Of a stretch of 64,000 bases of DNA, positions 1-12,100 are shown one piece after another. The notes under the pieces were generated by a model. It worked only from the letters and a program-made list of their open reading frames with translations, had not been told where the DNA came from and searched no databases. The position numbers and the translations under genes were made by a program. The stretch's first letter is position 1. Every line of letters begins with the position of its first letter. Source of the DNA: Lama glama (taxonomy: Eukaryota). Location: contig CM052818.1 of assembly GCA_028534125.1 (NCBI GenBank), positions 47,308,001 to 47,372,000 on the forward strand. The letters run 5' to 3'.

Positions 1-475
1 TCCAGCAAAGGAGGCAAGAATACGCAATGGAGAAAAGACAGTCTCTTCAATAAGTGGTGCTGGGAAAACTGGACCATATGTAAAAGAATGAAATGAGAAC
101 ACTCTCTAACATCAAATACAAAAAGTAAACTAAAAATGGATTAAAGACCTAAATGTAAGACCATATAGTTTAAGCTCCTAGAGGAAAACATAGGCAGAAC
201 ACTCTTTGATATCAATGGCAGAAATAATTTTTTGGATCTGTCTCCTAGGGTAATAGAAATAAAAACCAAAATAAACAAATGGGACTTAATTAAATTTAAA
301 AGCTTTTGCACAGCAAAGGAAACCATCAACAAAGCAAAAAGACAACCTACAGGCTGGGAAGAAAATGTTTGCAAATGATGCTACCAACAATTAATTTCCA
401 AAATATGCAGAGACAGCTCATACAGCTTAATATCAGAAAACAGAAAAAAAAATAACCCAATAAAAAATGTGATCA
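1..475 (+). mobile_element. LINE-1 ORF2 3' part fragment (degenerate)
   Basis: Typical L1 ORF2 text: AAAGGAGGCAAGAATACGCAATGGAGAAAAGACAGTCTCTTCAATAAGTGGTGCTGGGAAAACTGG ... CAAATGGGACTTAATTAAATTTAAAAGCTTTTGCACAGCAAAGGAAACC. A-rich; frame broken by stops. Confidence 0.95.
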
Positions 476-755
476 GGAGGCCACTGCCAGGACCCAGATA
501 ACGGGGACTCAGGTGAGAGCAGGAGCAGTGGCGGTGGCAGATGGGTCATCTTCTGGATAAGTTTCGTAGAGCCATGAGGACTGTTGACGGTTAGATTATG
601 GGTGTCATAGAAAGAAAGAAACCAAGGGTGACTAATTTTCAAGAAAAAAGCCCCCAATCCTCCTGTACGTAGAAATATTGGATCCCCTGCTGCCTTTCTG
701 TGGGCAGCTGCGTGCTCCTCACTCCAGGCAGTGGGATGGCTTCGTGTCCTGGTAG

Positions 756-769
756 TCGCCCTCTGGAGG
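756..769 (-). promoter_or_regulatory. Candidate CTCF core motif
   Basis: Reverse complement CCTCCAGAGGGCGA fits the CTCF core CCAC(C/T)AG(A/G)(G/T)GGC(A/G) except for T at the third position. Motif match only. Confidence 0.3.
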
Positions 770-2269
770 GGTCAGTGGGACGACCACCTCACCTGCTGGT
801 CTGTCCTGAGAACGTCTGCAGACCGTGCACAGGCTCGTGTCGCTGTTTACTAAATGGTGCAGGCAGAGAACCAGTGGACCAGAAGGAGGCAGAGAGGATG
901 GAGGAGAGCAACGTAACTTACCTTTCCTCCAAGTTGATAATTATCCTTTCTAAGCATCACTTACAGAATGGCTTCTACTTTCCCCACAGATGATCGCACA
1001 CTAAAGCTTACGGAGCATATCTGGACTCCATCTTGGGAAACTGACCTATTTTCCATTTCTGTGGTTTTATCACACTCCTTTAAATATTACAGAAAAAAAT
1101 ATCTCAACTTGATTTTGTTGAAACATGTTTTGGAACTGACAAAAATAATTATATTCATTTTCGTGTTCTCCATGCCACGTATAAAATAAAGTTGACTCAT
1201 TACTTCAGTGCCAGAACTCTTTCTAATAAGTCAGTCCATTTTTTGAAAATGGAATCTTTCAAAGAAATTATTGATGTTGGGGCTCAGCCTGTTTATTCTT
1301 GTATTCAAAAGTGGGATAACAAATGGAGTGCAAGGAAATCTTTCCCAACATGTTTCAGACACAGGGCTCCTGAAGTTTTTAAAGGTGCCCTGGGAGCATG
1401 AACAGGGCATTAACCCACGGGAGGTCTTGGAGTCACGTGATTTCCTCAACGCACAAAACTTGAAAACCATTTATGTTTTGTTGACGATTTTCTAATAAAC
1501 CAAGCCAACTGCCTTAGGTGTAGCACTTTTCTTGAATTGTAAGTAATTTGAAAAGCCAAGTGTGTATGTGTCTGTGTGTGCATGTGTGTTTATGTGTGTG
1601 TGTGCACATATATGAATTTTGACTGGTTCAGTAAAAATGTCTTATATCCTGAGATCAGCAACACTTGAAGCTTAGTCCATTACTTTTTTGGCAGAAGAAG
1701 GCAAAGCATGAGGGACAGTTATCACAACGAGCTGAGTCTCTTCTCAAAGTCCCCGAAGCCGAGGCGTGGGCTAAAACGGGGTTGAACAGAAGACTTCAAC
1801 TTTATGAGTAAGAGGACCACGTTCTCCCACCTGATCAGGAACATTTCTGTCTTTGTCTGTCATCCTAGCTTTGGGATTTATAGAGCCTGTCTGCTCCCCA
1901 GGGCCCCGTTATGGATAATAAATAATGTGGCCGCCGGGACACGAGGTCAGTAAGCAGGCTGGTGTCCACTTGGCTTGCGACTTCTCCAGGTGAGGAAATA
2001 GGGTGTCACTTTTAGGTTCAGAAGCGTCTGAGGCTGTGTGGGTGAAGCTGGACACTTGCAAGGAAGGTGCAGATGCTCAGGATGCAGACCCATCAGTCTT
2101 GCTAAGGAGGGCTGTGCGTTTCCAAAGATGTCTGCGCTGGGCAGGACTGCTGTAATGAGACACTGGCCCTCAGGGAGCCGTGCACTGGCGTGGCTTTTGC
2201 AGGGTGCCAAGGGAGGGGAGACTTCAGAATAGAGGGTACGGGGCTTTGGTGTAACAGGCAACTGCTGTG

Positions 2270-2420
2270 AAATGGGAAAGCAACGGATTTGAGTCCTAGG
2301 ACCGTCACCTGCAAGCCACATGGCTTTAGGGGTGTCACGAAGCCTTTCTGAGTTTCTTTGAAATGGAAAGAAAAATGCGCACCTCACAGAACTGTTGAGG
2401 AAGCTGAAAGACACGTGTGT
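2270..2420 (+). mobile_element. MIR SINE fragment
   Basis: Degenerate MIR core: GGATTTGAGTCCTAGG...CACATGGCTTTAGGG...CTTTCTGAGTTTCTTTGAAATGG...ACCTCACAGAACTGTTGAGGA. Confidence 0.6.
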
Positions 2421-5400
2421 AGGTGTACACAAGACGTATTTTCCGAAATTATCTGTGAGGGAAAGAGGATGAACTATCTATGGGATAAGGATGAACATAA
2501 TAACTGAAAACTCCAGAGCACGTTGCAGGAATTAATGTAAGGCTCTCCAGCAATTTTAAAGTTGTTTCTCATTAAGTGTTGTCTGTGTATGTCTGTCTGT
2601 GTATGTGTGTGTGTGTGCAGAGAGAGAGATTGATCTTTGTGACTATGTCTAGTTGCTTTGAAGAAAATGAATTGGAAAACCCAAGTGTGACCTTTATTTT
2701 TCTGTCGTCTCTGAAAACACTTGCTGTCATCGAATTCAATGCCTCCTGTCCTGGTTTAGCAAACTTGGCAAGCCTTGCACAGGAAGCCACTGTTGGTGGC
2801 TGGAGAGAGCCGGGCTGGATGTACAGAATGCTCCCCACACGGGGACGTCCGAGCCCAGCACAGGCGCTTGTCCTAGAGGGCCATTCAGACGCCCTCCTGC
2901 AGGATAATAACACAAGTGCCACTTGGGGCTCAAAGAAGACCACTGTAATTAAAAAGAAAAAGGAATTATATGTATGATCAAGCCCAGGGTCTCTATGCCA
3001 CTCCTTGTCTGCCAGCAAACTTGTCTGCTCAATGGACACAATGAACAGCAATGATCTTCTCCAAGCTTTGAAAACCGGGTGGCGATTGTCAGTGACGGTG
3101 GCACCCTACAGGCTCCCGGTTTGAAGGCGCCTGATATTGGCAATCACATCGGGTCCCCTCCCTGAGTCCAGCTGAGGTTACATAGGTGTCAGGCATCCTC
3201 CTGCGTTCCCCGACCCCAACCGTGATGAGTGTGGTCACAAAGGCCACAGCGAGGGGAGGAGACAAGAGCACAGGCTTCCAGCCTCAGTTCTGCTGGACTG
3301 TCCACTGGCACATTTGATCTGGCACCAAAATAGGGCCAATTTGATGGCCAAATGAGGGTTCGACCCCAAACATCTAATGAACTACGGTAGCACACGGTTT
3401 CTTTCTGCTTCAGGGGATGTGAGCTTGAGGCAGACTCTGTTCCTTCCCCAGTTCCACTCCCAACGCTGGACTTGACTTCTCACCGCTCTGTGTGGGAGGA
3501 AGGCCAATTTCAGGGAGAGCAAGACAGCCAATGGGAAGTCAAAGAGGCTTTCCTCCAAAAACGGCATTTTTAAAGCTCTCACGCTGCTGTTCTTTGGCTC
3601 AGTGAAAGTTCTCATACTTGATAAATTTCTGTCTTCTCTCCTCCTCCCCAGCGGTGGGCTCGGAGAACAGCCCCAGAGAAGAGTTCTCTCTCTCCTGGGT
3701 CACAGCCTCCCAGCCTGGTTCTGGGGCGGACGCAGGCTTGCTGAGGTGTTGATCCCTCTCTGCATTCGATGCAGGAATTCCTGGGCCAGACTCTTGCTTT
3801 AACCAGTACATTCGACAAGTATTACTGCTTTTTATCTACTTAATGACACGGAAACGTGGGGAAGCGGGGCTCCAGCAAACGCGCTCCGGCACTTTGCTCT
3901 TTCCTTTGCTGTCCTGCTCGTTTGGCCCGACAGAGGCCGTGTCAGCCAGGATGCCGACATTCAGGCCAGAAGGGCTCTGCAGCGTCAGGAAATCCTACAG
4001 TCACTTCTGTGGGAAATTTCTCCAACCATACGCTGCTTTTATTTAGTTGTTAGTTTTGTGTCCATCAAAAACATGGACAGTGTAGACCAGGACTTTGGGA
4101 ATTAAGGGCCCTTCGATACTGGGGCCACATCTTTGTGACGCAGGTCAGGATCAGACATCCCTGGAGTGTGCCCGCCACGCGCTCGGAATTAAGCTGGATT
4201 AGCTGCTGCTGTTGCTTTCTCAGTGTCTGCTCAGCTGCACTGTCCATCCAAGTTCGCGGGGAGAAATACCCATGGTAGGCCAGATCTGGGTGACAAAGAC
4301 GCTCAGATATGTCAGCCCTGAAATCTGATGCCAAGCTGTGTGATGAGACAAAGCGTGCCCTTTCCCAGTGGTGCATCTCAAAAAGGAAATGTCCTCTGAT
4401 CTTTCCTACTGAGAAGGGAGAGACCGAATGGACCTACTTCATTGTCACAGAGACGTCGGCCCCGTGCCGTCTCCTGGCCCTTTGCGTCGTCCCCTCTCCG
4501 GCAGTGGGCGAGGTTCTGCCGGGCACTGATGGCCTGGCTGCGCCCGCTCAGGCAGGACTTGGGCCTGGGCACCTGCCTGACGTGGGATGCGCTCCTTTTG
4601 CCCCATGTTTGCCCTCCTCAGGGCTTTGATGTCACCCTTTCCTTTCTGAGTCTCAGGTCTGTGTGAGGCTCAGACACGTTCACTGTTCAGCCTCTGGGCT
4701 GTTGGCCACACACACTGCATCTCTTACTTGAGATGCCTTCCTTTGTCCTGGCACACGCCTCTGTTTTTGTCACTGGAGACCTCAGTGGCCACTGTGATAA
4801 CATCGGTGGGATGTGAGTCGGCTGAAGCGCTCTGTGGTGGGACAAGCCCGCCCACGCTGCCTCCTTCGCCTGGTGTCTGTAGGGCAGGTTTACTGAGCAC
4901 ATCACAGGACACCTAACCCAGCCCTCATTCTGGCTCCCGAGTCCGGGACCTTCCTGACTGTCCTGTGTCCTTCCCAGCACACGCGGATCCCTGACTAACC
5001 AAAGGCCGAATCATCCAAATCAATCTTCTGGGACATTTCCTCTCAAATCTACCCAGACTTTGACAGCCACTCTGTGCAGTGGCCACCCAGAAAAGTCGAG
5101 GTGACAAACCCAGGCTACCAGCCACCACGGCTGGGCACACGTTAGTGTCACGGGTCACACACTGCGGCTCAGCTGACCCCAGGTGATGCTCTACTGACAC
5201 GGCCAGAGCTGTTTCTCTTTCACATGCAGAGTATGGAACTAGTTGTCCTTGTATAATTTTATTATTTTGAGCAGTCCGTGTCTCCAACCCGTTCCCTTCT
5301 AGTTGGACAACTCTTTTAACTGTGCGGAATAATTATAGGTCAGATGATTTTATGGATCTCTTTCTTTGAAGTATTTGGAAAATTTGAGATGTGAATGCTT

Positions 5401-6599
5401 AAAAGATTGTTGCATTTTTCTCCTAGAGAAGCATATGCTATTGAAAATGATGGATTATTCTGCATTTGGCTTAAATAATTTAGACCAGCTCATGCAGCGG
5501 CGCTAACAGTAGGCCAGCTGACTTTCCAAATGACAGTATACACTTCTGAAGATATCCTTTCACTTTAAATTGTAGTTCACTACTTTCTATATCGAAAAAA
5601 AAAAAGTAAAAAAAAAAATGTGAGAAGGGCATGGTGAGTTTCAGGTAGCAATACCTCCCAGGCATTTTTTTTTTCTAAATCAAACCTACAGGCAAACGAT
5701 GCAGAGCTTTTACTTAAATGTTTAGAGAAGTTGTTCTGAAGCTGCCAAAGCAAGAATTTACAGCAAATGCACCGCTTCACTCGCTTTTCCCAAATAAGAC
5801 AGGCTTTCTACTGAGTGCCCTCTTGAGAGAGGACAAAAGTCACAGCCCTTTTTTGAACCGATGAAAAAAGCTAAGAGTTGGTCTCCAAGGAAAGGGTAGA
5901 CATTTTTAAAGCAGCTGCTTACTGAGAAAGGAGCCATCCAAAGCCAGAGTTTCAGTTTCAAATAAAAGTGCTAAGAGATCTACATGGCTTACATCTAAAA
6001 GACAAGGCTTCCCACCTGCTACAGCTGGGAGAAGAGAGCCGTGCTCTGGATACAAGGGTGGAAAGAACCGAGTTTTTGGTTCAGAAGCAGCCGAGCCCAG
6101 GAAGGCCCGTGGTACTGACGATGAAGAATCCCGGGCCAGATTCAGCCTCGCCAGAACCGGCTACTTGGTGCACTAATCATTTTAATGATCAGAATGTCTG
6201 CAGCTAACTTCATACCCATTACGTACCAGGCAGTGTTGGCTCTCATTCAGTTCCTGCAGGATTATCTATCTCCATTTTATAGGAGCAGTAACTAAAGCTT
6301 AGAAGGAGATGCTGTCATGCAGTGACTGACATTGGATGAGTCTCGTTGTCTGTGAATTTCACTCCACCATGTATTTTTCCAGTTTCTGTTTCAGAAACCA
6401 CACCAAAATGCCTCCCAACTCCCCCTCAATTTCCCCCACCCCCAGGATACTGTTTTTCAGTATTTTATAACGTATATGTGCAGAACTGTTTGATATGACT
6501 TGGTGACACCAAGTGACAAAAAATTCCTGACATTTCTTTTAAAAATAAGATGACATCATCAAAGTATAATTTATTAATTTAATGCATATTTATTAAATT

Positions 6600-7650
6600 C
6601 TTATAATGGGCCAGGTTCGAGTTTAATAGGAACCCAAACCAGATATGATCCCTATCTTTATGGAACTCTTGGGGAGTGAAAGATATTAATTAAATGTTCA
6701 CATAACAGATGTGTAATGCAGACAAGTAAATGAGTGTGATTCTGGGTGGGCGTATGAAAAGACGGATGTATCGGGGGGTGATGACCAGAAGAAGTCGTGC
6801 TTCAGCTGAGTGAAGCACAATGAGACCTTGTGAATACCGTTCCATGTAGCCTGACCAATGACCGGGGCAGAAAGAAAGACAGATTTTCAAGGAACTGAAA
6901 GAAGTCTGGGGCGGCCGCACAGGAATAACAAGAGAAAACACAGAGGAGCAGCAGGCAGGAGCCAGACAACGGGGTGGGGGCGTCCCGGGGTCACATGTCG
7001 GCGGACTATTCTCGGAGCCAGTGGAGGATGCTGACCTATCATGCGTGAGCCAGTGCGCACGTAGAACAATCTCTCTAGGGCTGAACGGGCGAAGGCAGCG
7101 GAGACTCAGGGAGACCAGTTAGACAATGGAAGATGGTGGATCTGAAGGGAGCTGAAGAGGGCACGGGAAGAAACAGATGACGCTGAGGACTGTTTTGGAG
7201 GTAAGGCTGACAGCGCTCTCTGAGGGACCACGTGGGGGAGAAGGAAAAGTCAAAGGGGACCTCTAGGTGTCCGCCCTGTGCAACATTCAGAGACAGGAAA
7301 CCCTCAATGTATCAGATGTGGGTGTAAATAATGATTTTGGCTTTGAAGCTGGATTTGGGATTCCTTTGCGATATCCAAGTGAGCATATTAAGAAAGAGGA
7401 GGAGCCAAGGGTGTGGCTCTGGGACGCAGCGCCGGGGAGGATGGAGGTCGAGAGAAGACTGTGGGAGCAGCAGCTTCCTCAGAGGAAACCCACCAGATGG
7501 ACGAGGTCCCTGAAAGGGCTGCGGAGACAGAGAAGCTGCTTCTCAGAAGGAAGGGGAGGAGCTGGGAGCTGCCGGGGCAGAGTCCGAGGTGGTAACTGTG
7601 GTCCAGGAAGTCACTGCTGCATTTGGGGACTGGCCCTGTCCAGTGTCCCT
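6600..7650 (-). mobile_element. L2 LINE fragment
   Basis: Purine-rich L2 antisense text, e.g. CAGGGAGACCAGTTAG, GTTTTGGAGGTAAGGCTGACAG, GATATCCAAGTGAG. Confidence 0.7.
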
Positions 7651-8299
7651 CTGATCGCAGTGGTTTGCACATGGTGCACCGAGAGCCAGTCAGGTGGGGG
7701 AGCCTTCACTCCTCTGTGGTCCCGCCTCCCTTTTCCAGATGAGAACAGGAACAAGACAGGGCAGATGGCTCAGCTGGTCAGCGCCAAGCCTGGCCCTCCA
7801 CTGGGAGGCCCATCCCCTTCTTAACCATCCCACGCAAGTCTTCATCATAGGACCTGTTATCCAAAATCCAGAGGTTTTCTTCCAGACTTAGGTTCTGGCT
7901 TGCGCAGAGGTGACAACAGCCACGTTTGCATGCCTGCTAATTACACCCAGTGGCAGGAGGAGCGGCCCACCGAGGGGCTCCGCACTTCCACTCCAGTTGC
8001 TCCCAGCGACTTTCTGTGAGCAGCTAGTTTTCAGCCCGTGATGAGAGGCCCCCTCAGCGCAGATGGGAGATGCTTATTATGCTGATGGGGTTCTGGGTTG
8101 TTAGTGCAGATTATTAAATGGAGATGTTAGCGGTGCCTCTGGTGGATTGAAGGAGCGAGAAGGTAAAAGGCAGAGATAAATGTTTCTGTGACCCTGCAGA
8201 GGCTGGGCTGGGGCTCCAAGTTCAGAGGAAAAGAACAGAGATTTCATTGGTTGCAAATTCCAATTTAAAGGCCATCAGGTTTTTTTTTTTTTTTTGCAG

Positions 8300-8730
8300 T
8301 AAATATAACCAAGAGAAATAAGGTAAAATGATAGAGATATGGCCTTCTTTGCTTAGTTACTGACTCTAAATGAGAGAATAACATTAAAATACAGTATTAT
8401 AACAAGAGGTAGTTGAAGAAACATCAACAAGAGAAAAATCCAAACAGAAAATCCAAGAAAATCCTCTAATATGAGACCATGTATTTGGCCAGAAACACCC
8501 AGCAAGAGAAGAAATAAATCAATCAGTTATAAGAAAATAGCAATTATTCAGAGAGCAATAAACTAGTTTTAATAAATACATGTATATGTGAGAATATCTT
8601 GTTCACTGTTTCTGAAAAAGTAGAAACTGTTTTCCTCAGAACATAGAGATTAAAATTGATTTGAGAAGATAAATAATTTGAATAAACCAATAAATATCAA
8701 AGGACTTTTAAAGGGGTTAAAAAATGTTTA
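8300..8730 (+). mobile_element. Old L1 (L1M) ORF2 fragment
   Basis: A-rich, with L1-like AAATTGATTTGAGAAGATAAATAATTTGAATAAACCAATAAATATCAAAG. Confidence 0.6.
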
Positions 8731-8737
8731 GAAATCT

Positions 8738-8860
8738 AGGGGGTTGAATGGTGGACCCCAAATGATGCTCATGTTCTCATCCCTGCAACCTGGGAATGTG
8801 ACCTCATTGGATGGAATGAAGTTAAGAATCTCGAGATGAAACCATCCTGGATTACCTGTG
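8738..8860 (+). mobile_element. MLT1 (ERVL-MaLR) LTR 5' fragment
   Basis: GGTTGAATGGTGGACCCC...TCATCCCTGCAACCTGGGAATGTGACCT...GTTAAGAATCTCGAGATG...ATCCTGGATTACC matches the MLT1C/D start. Confidence 0.8.
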
Positions 8861-8869
8861 TTGCTACAT

Positions 8870-9230
8870 CTCCTTCTAGCCTCAGGACATTTGCACCTGC
8901 CAGTTTCCCCTGCCTACAACGGTCTCCCAGCTTCACCTGTGACATGGCTAATCCCTTGTTATTCTTGCCAGATCAAAAGATACCTTAGCTTCAGAAGCCT
9001 TCTCTGACTACTCGTGCTCAAAGGAGCTCTTTCTTAATGGATTTCTAGCTCTGCTCCTGTTCTTTCTTTTTGGCTCATGGCACAATAATTTCTTTCATTT
9101 ATTTATATGATTCCCTGTTAGCGTTTGCCACCCTCGCAGGCAGGTCCACCACAGGGGACAAGTGACGATGTCCAGCATTTCCACCCTTGACTCTCCAGCA
9201 CTTAGGGTCGTGCTGGGAACCTGCATAGTA
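8870..9230 (+). mobile_element. L2 3' region
   Basis: GCCTCAGGACATTTGCACCTGC...TCAGAAGCCTTCTCTGACTAC...CTCTCCAGCACTTAGGGTCGTGCTGG. Confidence 0.75.
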
Positions 9231-9410
9231 ATTTTGCTTATGAGGAAATGGAGGTTGCTACTGGGAGTCCAGGAGTTATTTTTCTGGTATTTAAAAACAT
9301 CAGCTAGAAACAATAAGACCAGGATTTTATCAAACACTTGCTATTCCACCTCTCCGAAACAATTCATGATGAAGCAACGTAGACTGAAAAAAAAAGACAC
9401 AAAATTACTC

Positions 9411-10030
9411 AGAGTTGGTTCTCATTATTTGCAGCACTTGTGGTCTACAAAGTCCCCACCAACACCCAGTTAGCAAATACGGAGCCATCGCTCCTGGGGG
9501 AAATGCAGGGCTAGGTTCCTCGAAGCCTCTGGCCACAGCACTTTTGTCAACCGATCAGTATATAACTTTGTTGCATGTGTGGTTCAGTTAAAGGAAACCT
9601 TTTGTGATACATACTGTTGATTCATTAACATTTAACGGAACAGCACCATAGCCCCCGCAGGAACGAAGCTGACCTGACACGGGCATTTTCCCCGCAGCGC
9701 ACGTCGCAGCCTTTCCGCGCTCAGGAGCGCTGGACAGCACTTCGGCGTTTTTGTTGTGGGGCCAGTTTAGGCAGCAGCATCACCAACAAAAAGCACAAAA
9801 ATGTGTAAAGGACACTTCTTTACCGTGTGAGAGTTAAGACGCGAGGGCAGAGGCATGCTGTGCTCAGTCGCAGCGGGGCACCGGGGTGCGGAGTGGCTCA
9901 GACACTTCGGTGCTGTTCACGCCTTGAGCCGCCACGAAGCACCTCGGGGGTTGCCCTTCAGGGTTACAGACGGATTTCAGCGAGGAGACGGATTCACAAA
10001 TGCCGGATCTGTGAACAGTGACACTCAAAT
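9411..10030. mobile_element. MER82-like TcMar-Tigger DNA transposon (non-autonomous)
   Basis: Start AGTTGGTTCTCATTATTTGC...AAAGTCCCCACCAACACCCAGTTAGCAAATAC, internal CATCACCAACAAAAAGCACAAAAATG, end GGATTCACAAATGCCGGATCTGTGAACAGTGA. About 620 bp with decayed terminal inverted repeats. Confidence 0.8.
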
Positions 10031-10404
10031 AGATTTCCTTTTGACTACAAATGAGTCAGCTTAGGGTGACAACAGCGGTTACCTTTTGCTGACAAAAACG
10101 CTAGTTAACGATAAAATAATAGTTAAAAAGTAATAGTCAACAGTGGCATTTCTGGAGTTTTACTGTCCAGCAAATGAGTTTTTGGCACGTGGGAAAATGA
10201 GAAATGAGTCACCACGACCAGGCTTGTAGATGAGGGCTGATGTTTACTGTCTGGACGGAGGTTGAACCGGCCTTTGGCTCCTGGTTAATCTCACTGTGCT
10301 GTTTCTTTCATAGAAATAGATTTGAAAAACACGCCACCAAATAGTTCATGGTTAACTTCTGAAAGCAACTTAAGGATTTAAAGAGCTCAAAAGTATGCAG
10401 AAAG

Positions 10405-10600
10405 GCAGCATGATGTTGGAGAGGTGAGGAGGGCACAGGCCAGAGGCTTTACCCTCTCACTTGGATTTTGTCATGAACTAGCCATGTGACCTTGGGCTAG
10501 TTGTGAGCTCTGTGAAAATACAGACTCATTTATCTGCAAAATGGGGCTAATATTATCATCACCTCCTTCAAAAGGTGTTCTCATTATCAAGAGATCATGA
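10405..10600 (+). mobile_element. MIR SINE
   Basis: CTAGCCATGTGACCTTGGGCTAGTT...CTCATTTATCTGCAAAATGGGGCTAATA core. Confidence 0.85.
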
Positions 10601-11749
10601 AAATACTTCATAAATAGTAAAATAAAATATATACACACGTATACTTACACATACATATGAGTGTCTGTGTGTGTAAAACTTAACACTGGTTCATCTGTCG
10701 TCTCGCATCTCAAAGTGGGCTCCCTTTTTCACCCATTTCCTTCAAAGTATGTGCATTATATATGATATATATTTATTCATTATGCATATTTATGCACTAT
10801 ATATCTAAGATATATATTTATTTATTCTATCTATCTATATGTATGCATCCTTCACTTATATGTGAAAGACAAATGGCCGTGGGGAAGTAGAGACTGGGGG
10901 AGGTGTGGGCGGAGGCAGGTGCACACACGCGGTGCAGATGGGACAAGAGGATTTCGTGTGGGAGGACAGGGAGGATGTGGGCTGGGTGTGACTTTAGCAA
11001 GAGATGCTGGTGTCTTCTTGCTCATCTAGGAAGGGATACAGGCTCTCAAGCTGAAAGTTTACTGCTTTTTAGCCAAATCTGATACACAGTGCATTCTTGG
11101 GTGCACCCTAAGTTTTGCCCATGTCTTTGGGGAGACCAGCTGAGGTCCCTGGCAGCATGGTGGGGCCACGCTTGCAGGGCAGACTGTTGGTGATGTGTCA
11201 TCTGCACAGGTGGCTGGTCCCCACCCAGCCAGCCAGTCTGCTTAGGGACATAGTGCTGAGCGATGCTAGCTTGCCTCCTGAAGGCAGGGAGGCCCCAGAG
11301 CAGAATGTGCTCAGTGTGCACCTCCAGGGCCTGGGCCCCCTCTGCTCTCTCTTGGCTCTGAAGCAGATGGAGGTGGGGGAGACTGAAAACCAGGGACACA
11401 TGGTGTCCTGTCACCATCGGTGTCTCTGTTCCCCTCGACCCGTGCAGAGCCCTCTGGAGAGCGGGAAGCTGAAACGGGGGTTCAAAGAGAGACAGGAACA
11501 GAAAATGCAGCCAGAGGGCAGCCTCCAGGGCAGACGGCGGAGGCTGGCCTCACTCAGGTGGGCGTGACATTCCCTCCCCCGCACTCGACAGGCATGAAAA
11601 CCCTCTGGTGTTTGTCTTCCTGAAGCAGGTCCTGTCCTCCAGGGGAGCCCAGTCCTCAGAACCAGAGCCCCTGAGAAATTCTGAGGTTGGCACCTTCACT
11701 TGCCCCTCATAAGTGGTCAGTCGGTCCCACGGGAAGAACACAGATTTTG

Positions 11750-12100
11750 GTCAATCTGTAGCGAAATCACTGAGAAAACCACTGGAGCTTCTGACCCGCA
11801 GCTGGTGTGGTGCGACATTGATATGATAGAGGCTGAACTACAGTAGCAGCTGTGGGGTGGAGAGAAGGGTGAAGATGTGAGGGAACTGCACAAAATGGAA
11901 TTCACCAAGTAGTGACCAGTTTGACAGGGCGGGAGGGCTGCTGGGGGAGAAGGAGGGGAGAAGACACGTTCGATTTTACCCACTTCAGGTTGATGAGCCT
12001 GTGGGACCCCTCAGAGGAGGAATTTGAGCCACAGGTTGAGAGTTCAAAAGTGGTCTGTGCTCTGATACAGATTTTAGAGGCAACAGCAAACTCACATTTG
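11750..12100 (-). mobile_element. L2 fragment
   Basis: GGCTGAACTACAGTAGCAGCTGTGGGGTGGAGAGAAGGG...GTTCGATTTTACCCACTTCAGGTTGATGAGCCTGTGGGAC. Confidence 0.65.

Noticed and set aside
2576..2977. 133-aa ORF (and the overlapping 159-aa minus ORF)
   Set aside because: Begins in a (TG)n repeat with a non-ATG start; no recognisable protein features or convincing exon boundaries.
7267..7824. 185-aa ORF
   Set aside because: Mostly antisense L2 sequence with a GTG start and no recognisable domain.
11508..11521. CTCF-like CAGCCAGAGGGCAG
   Set aside because: Mismatch at the nearly invariant second C of the core.
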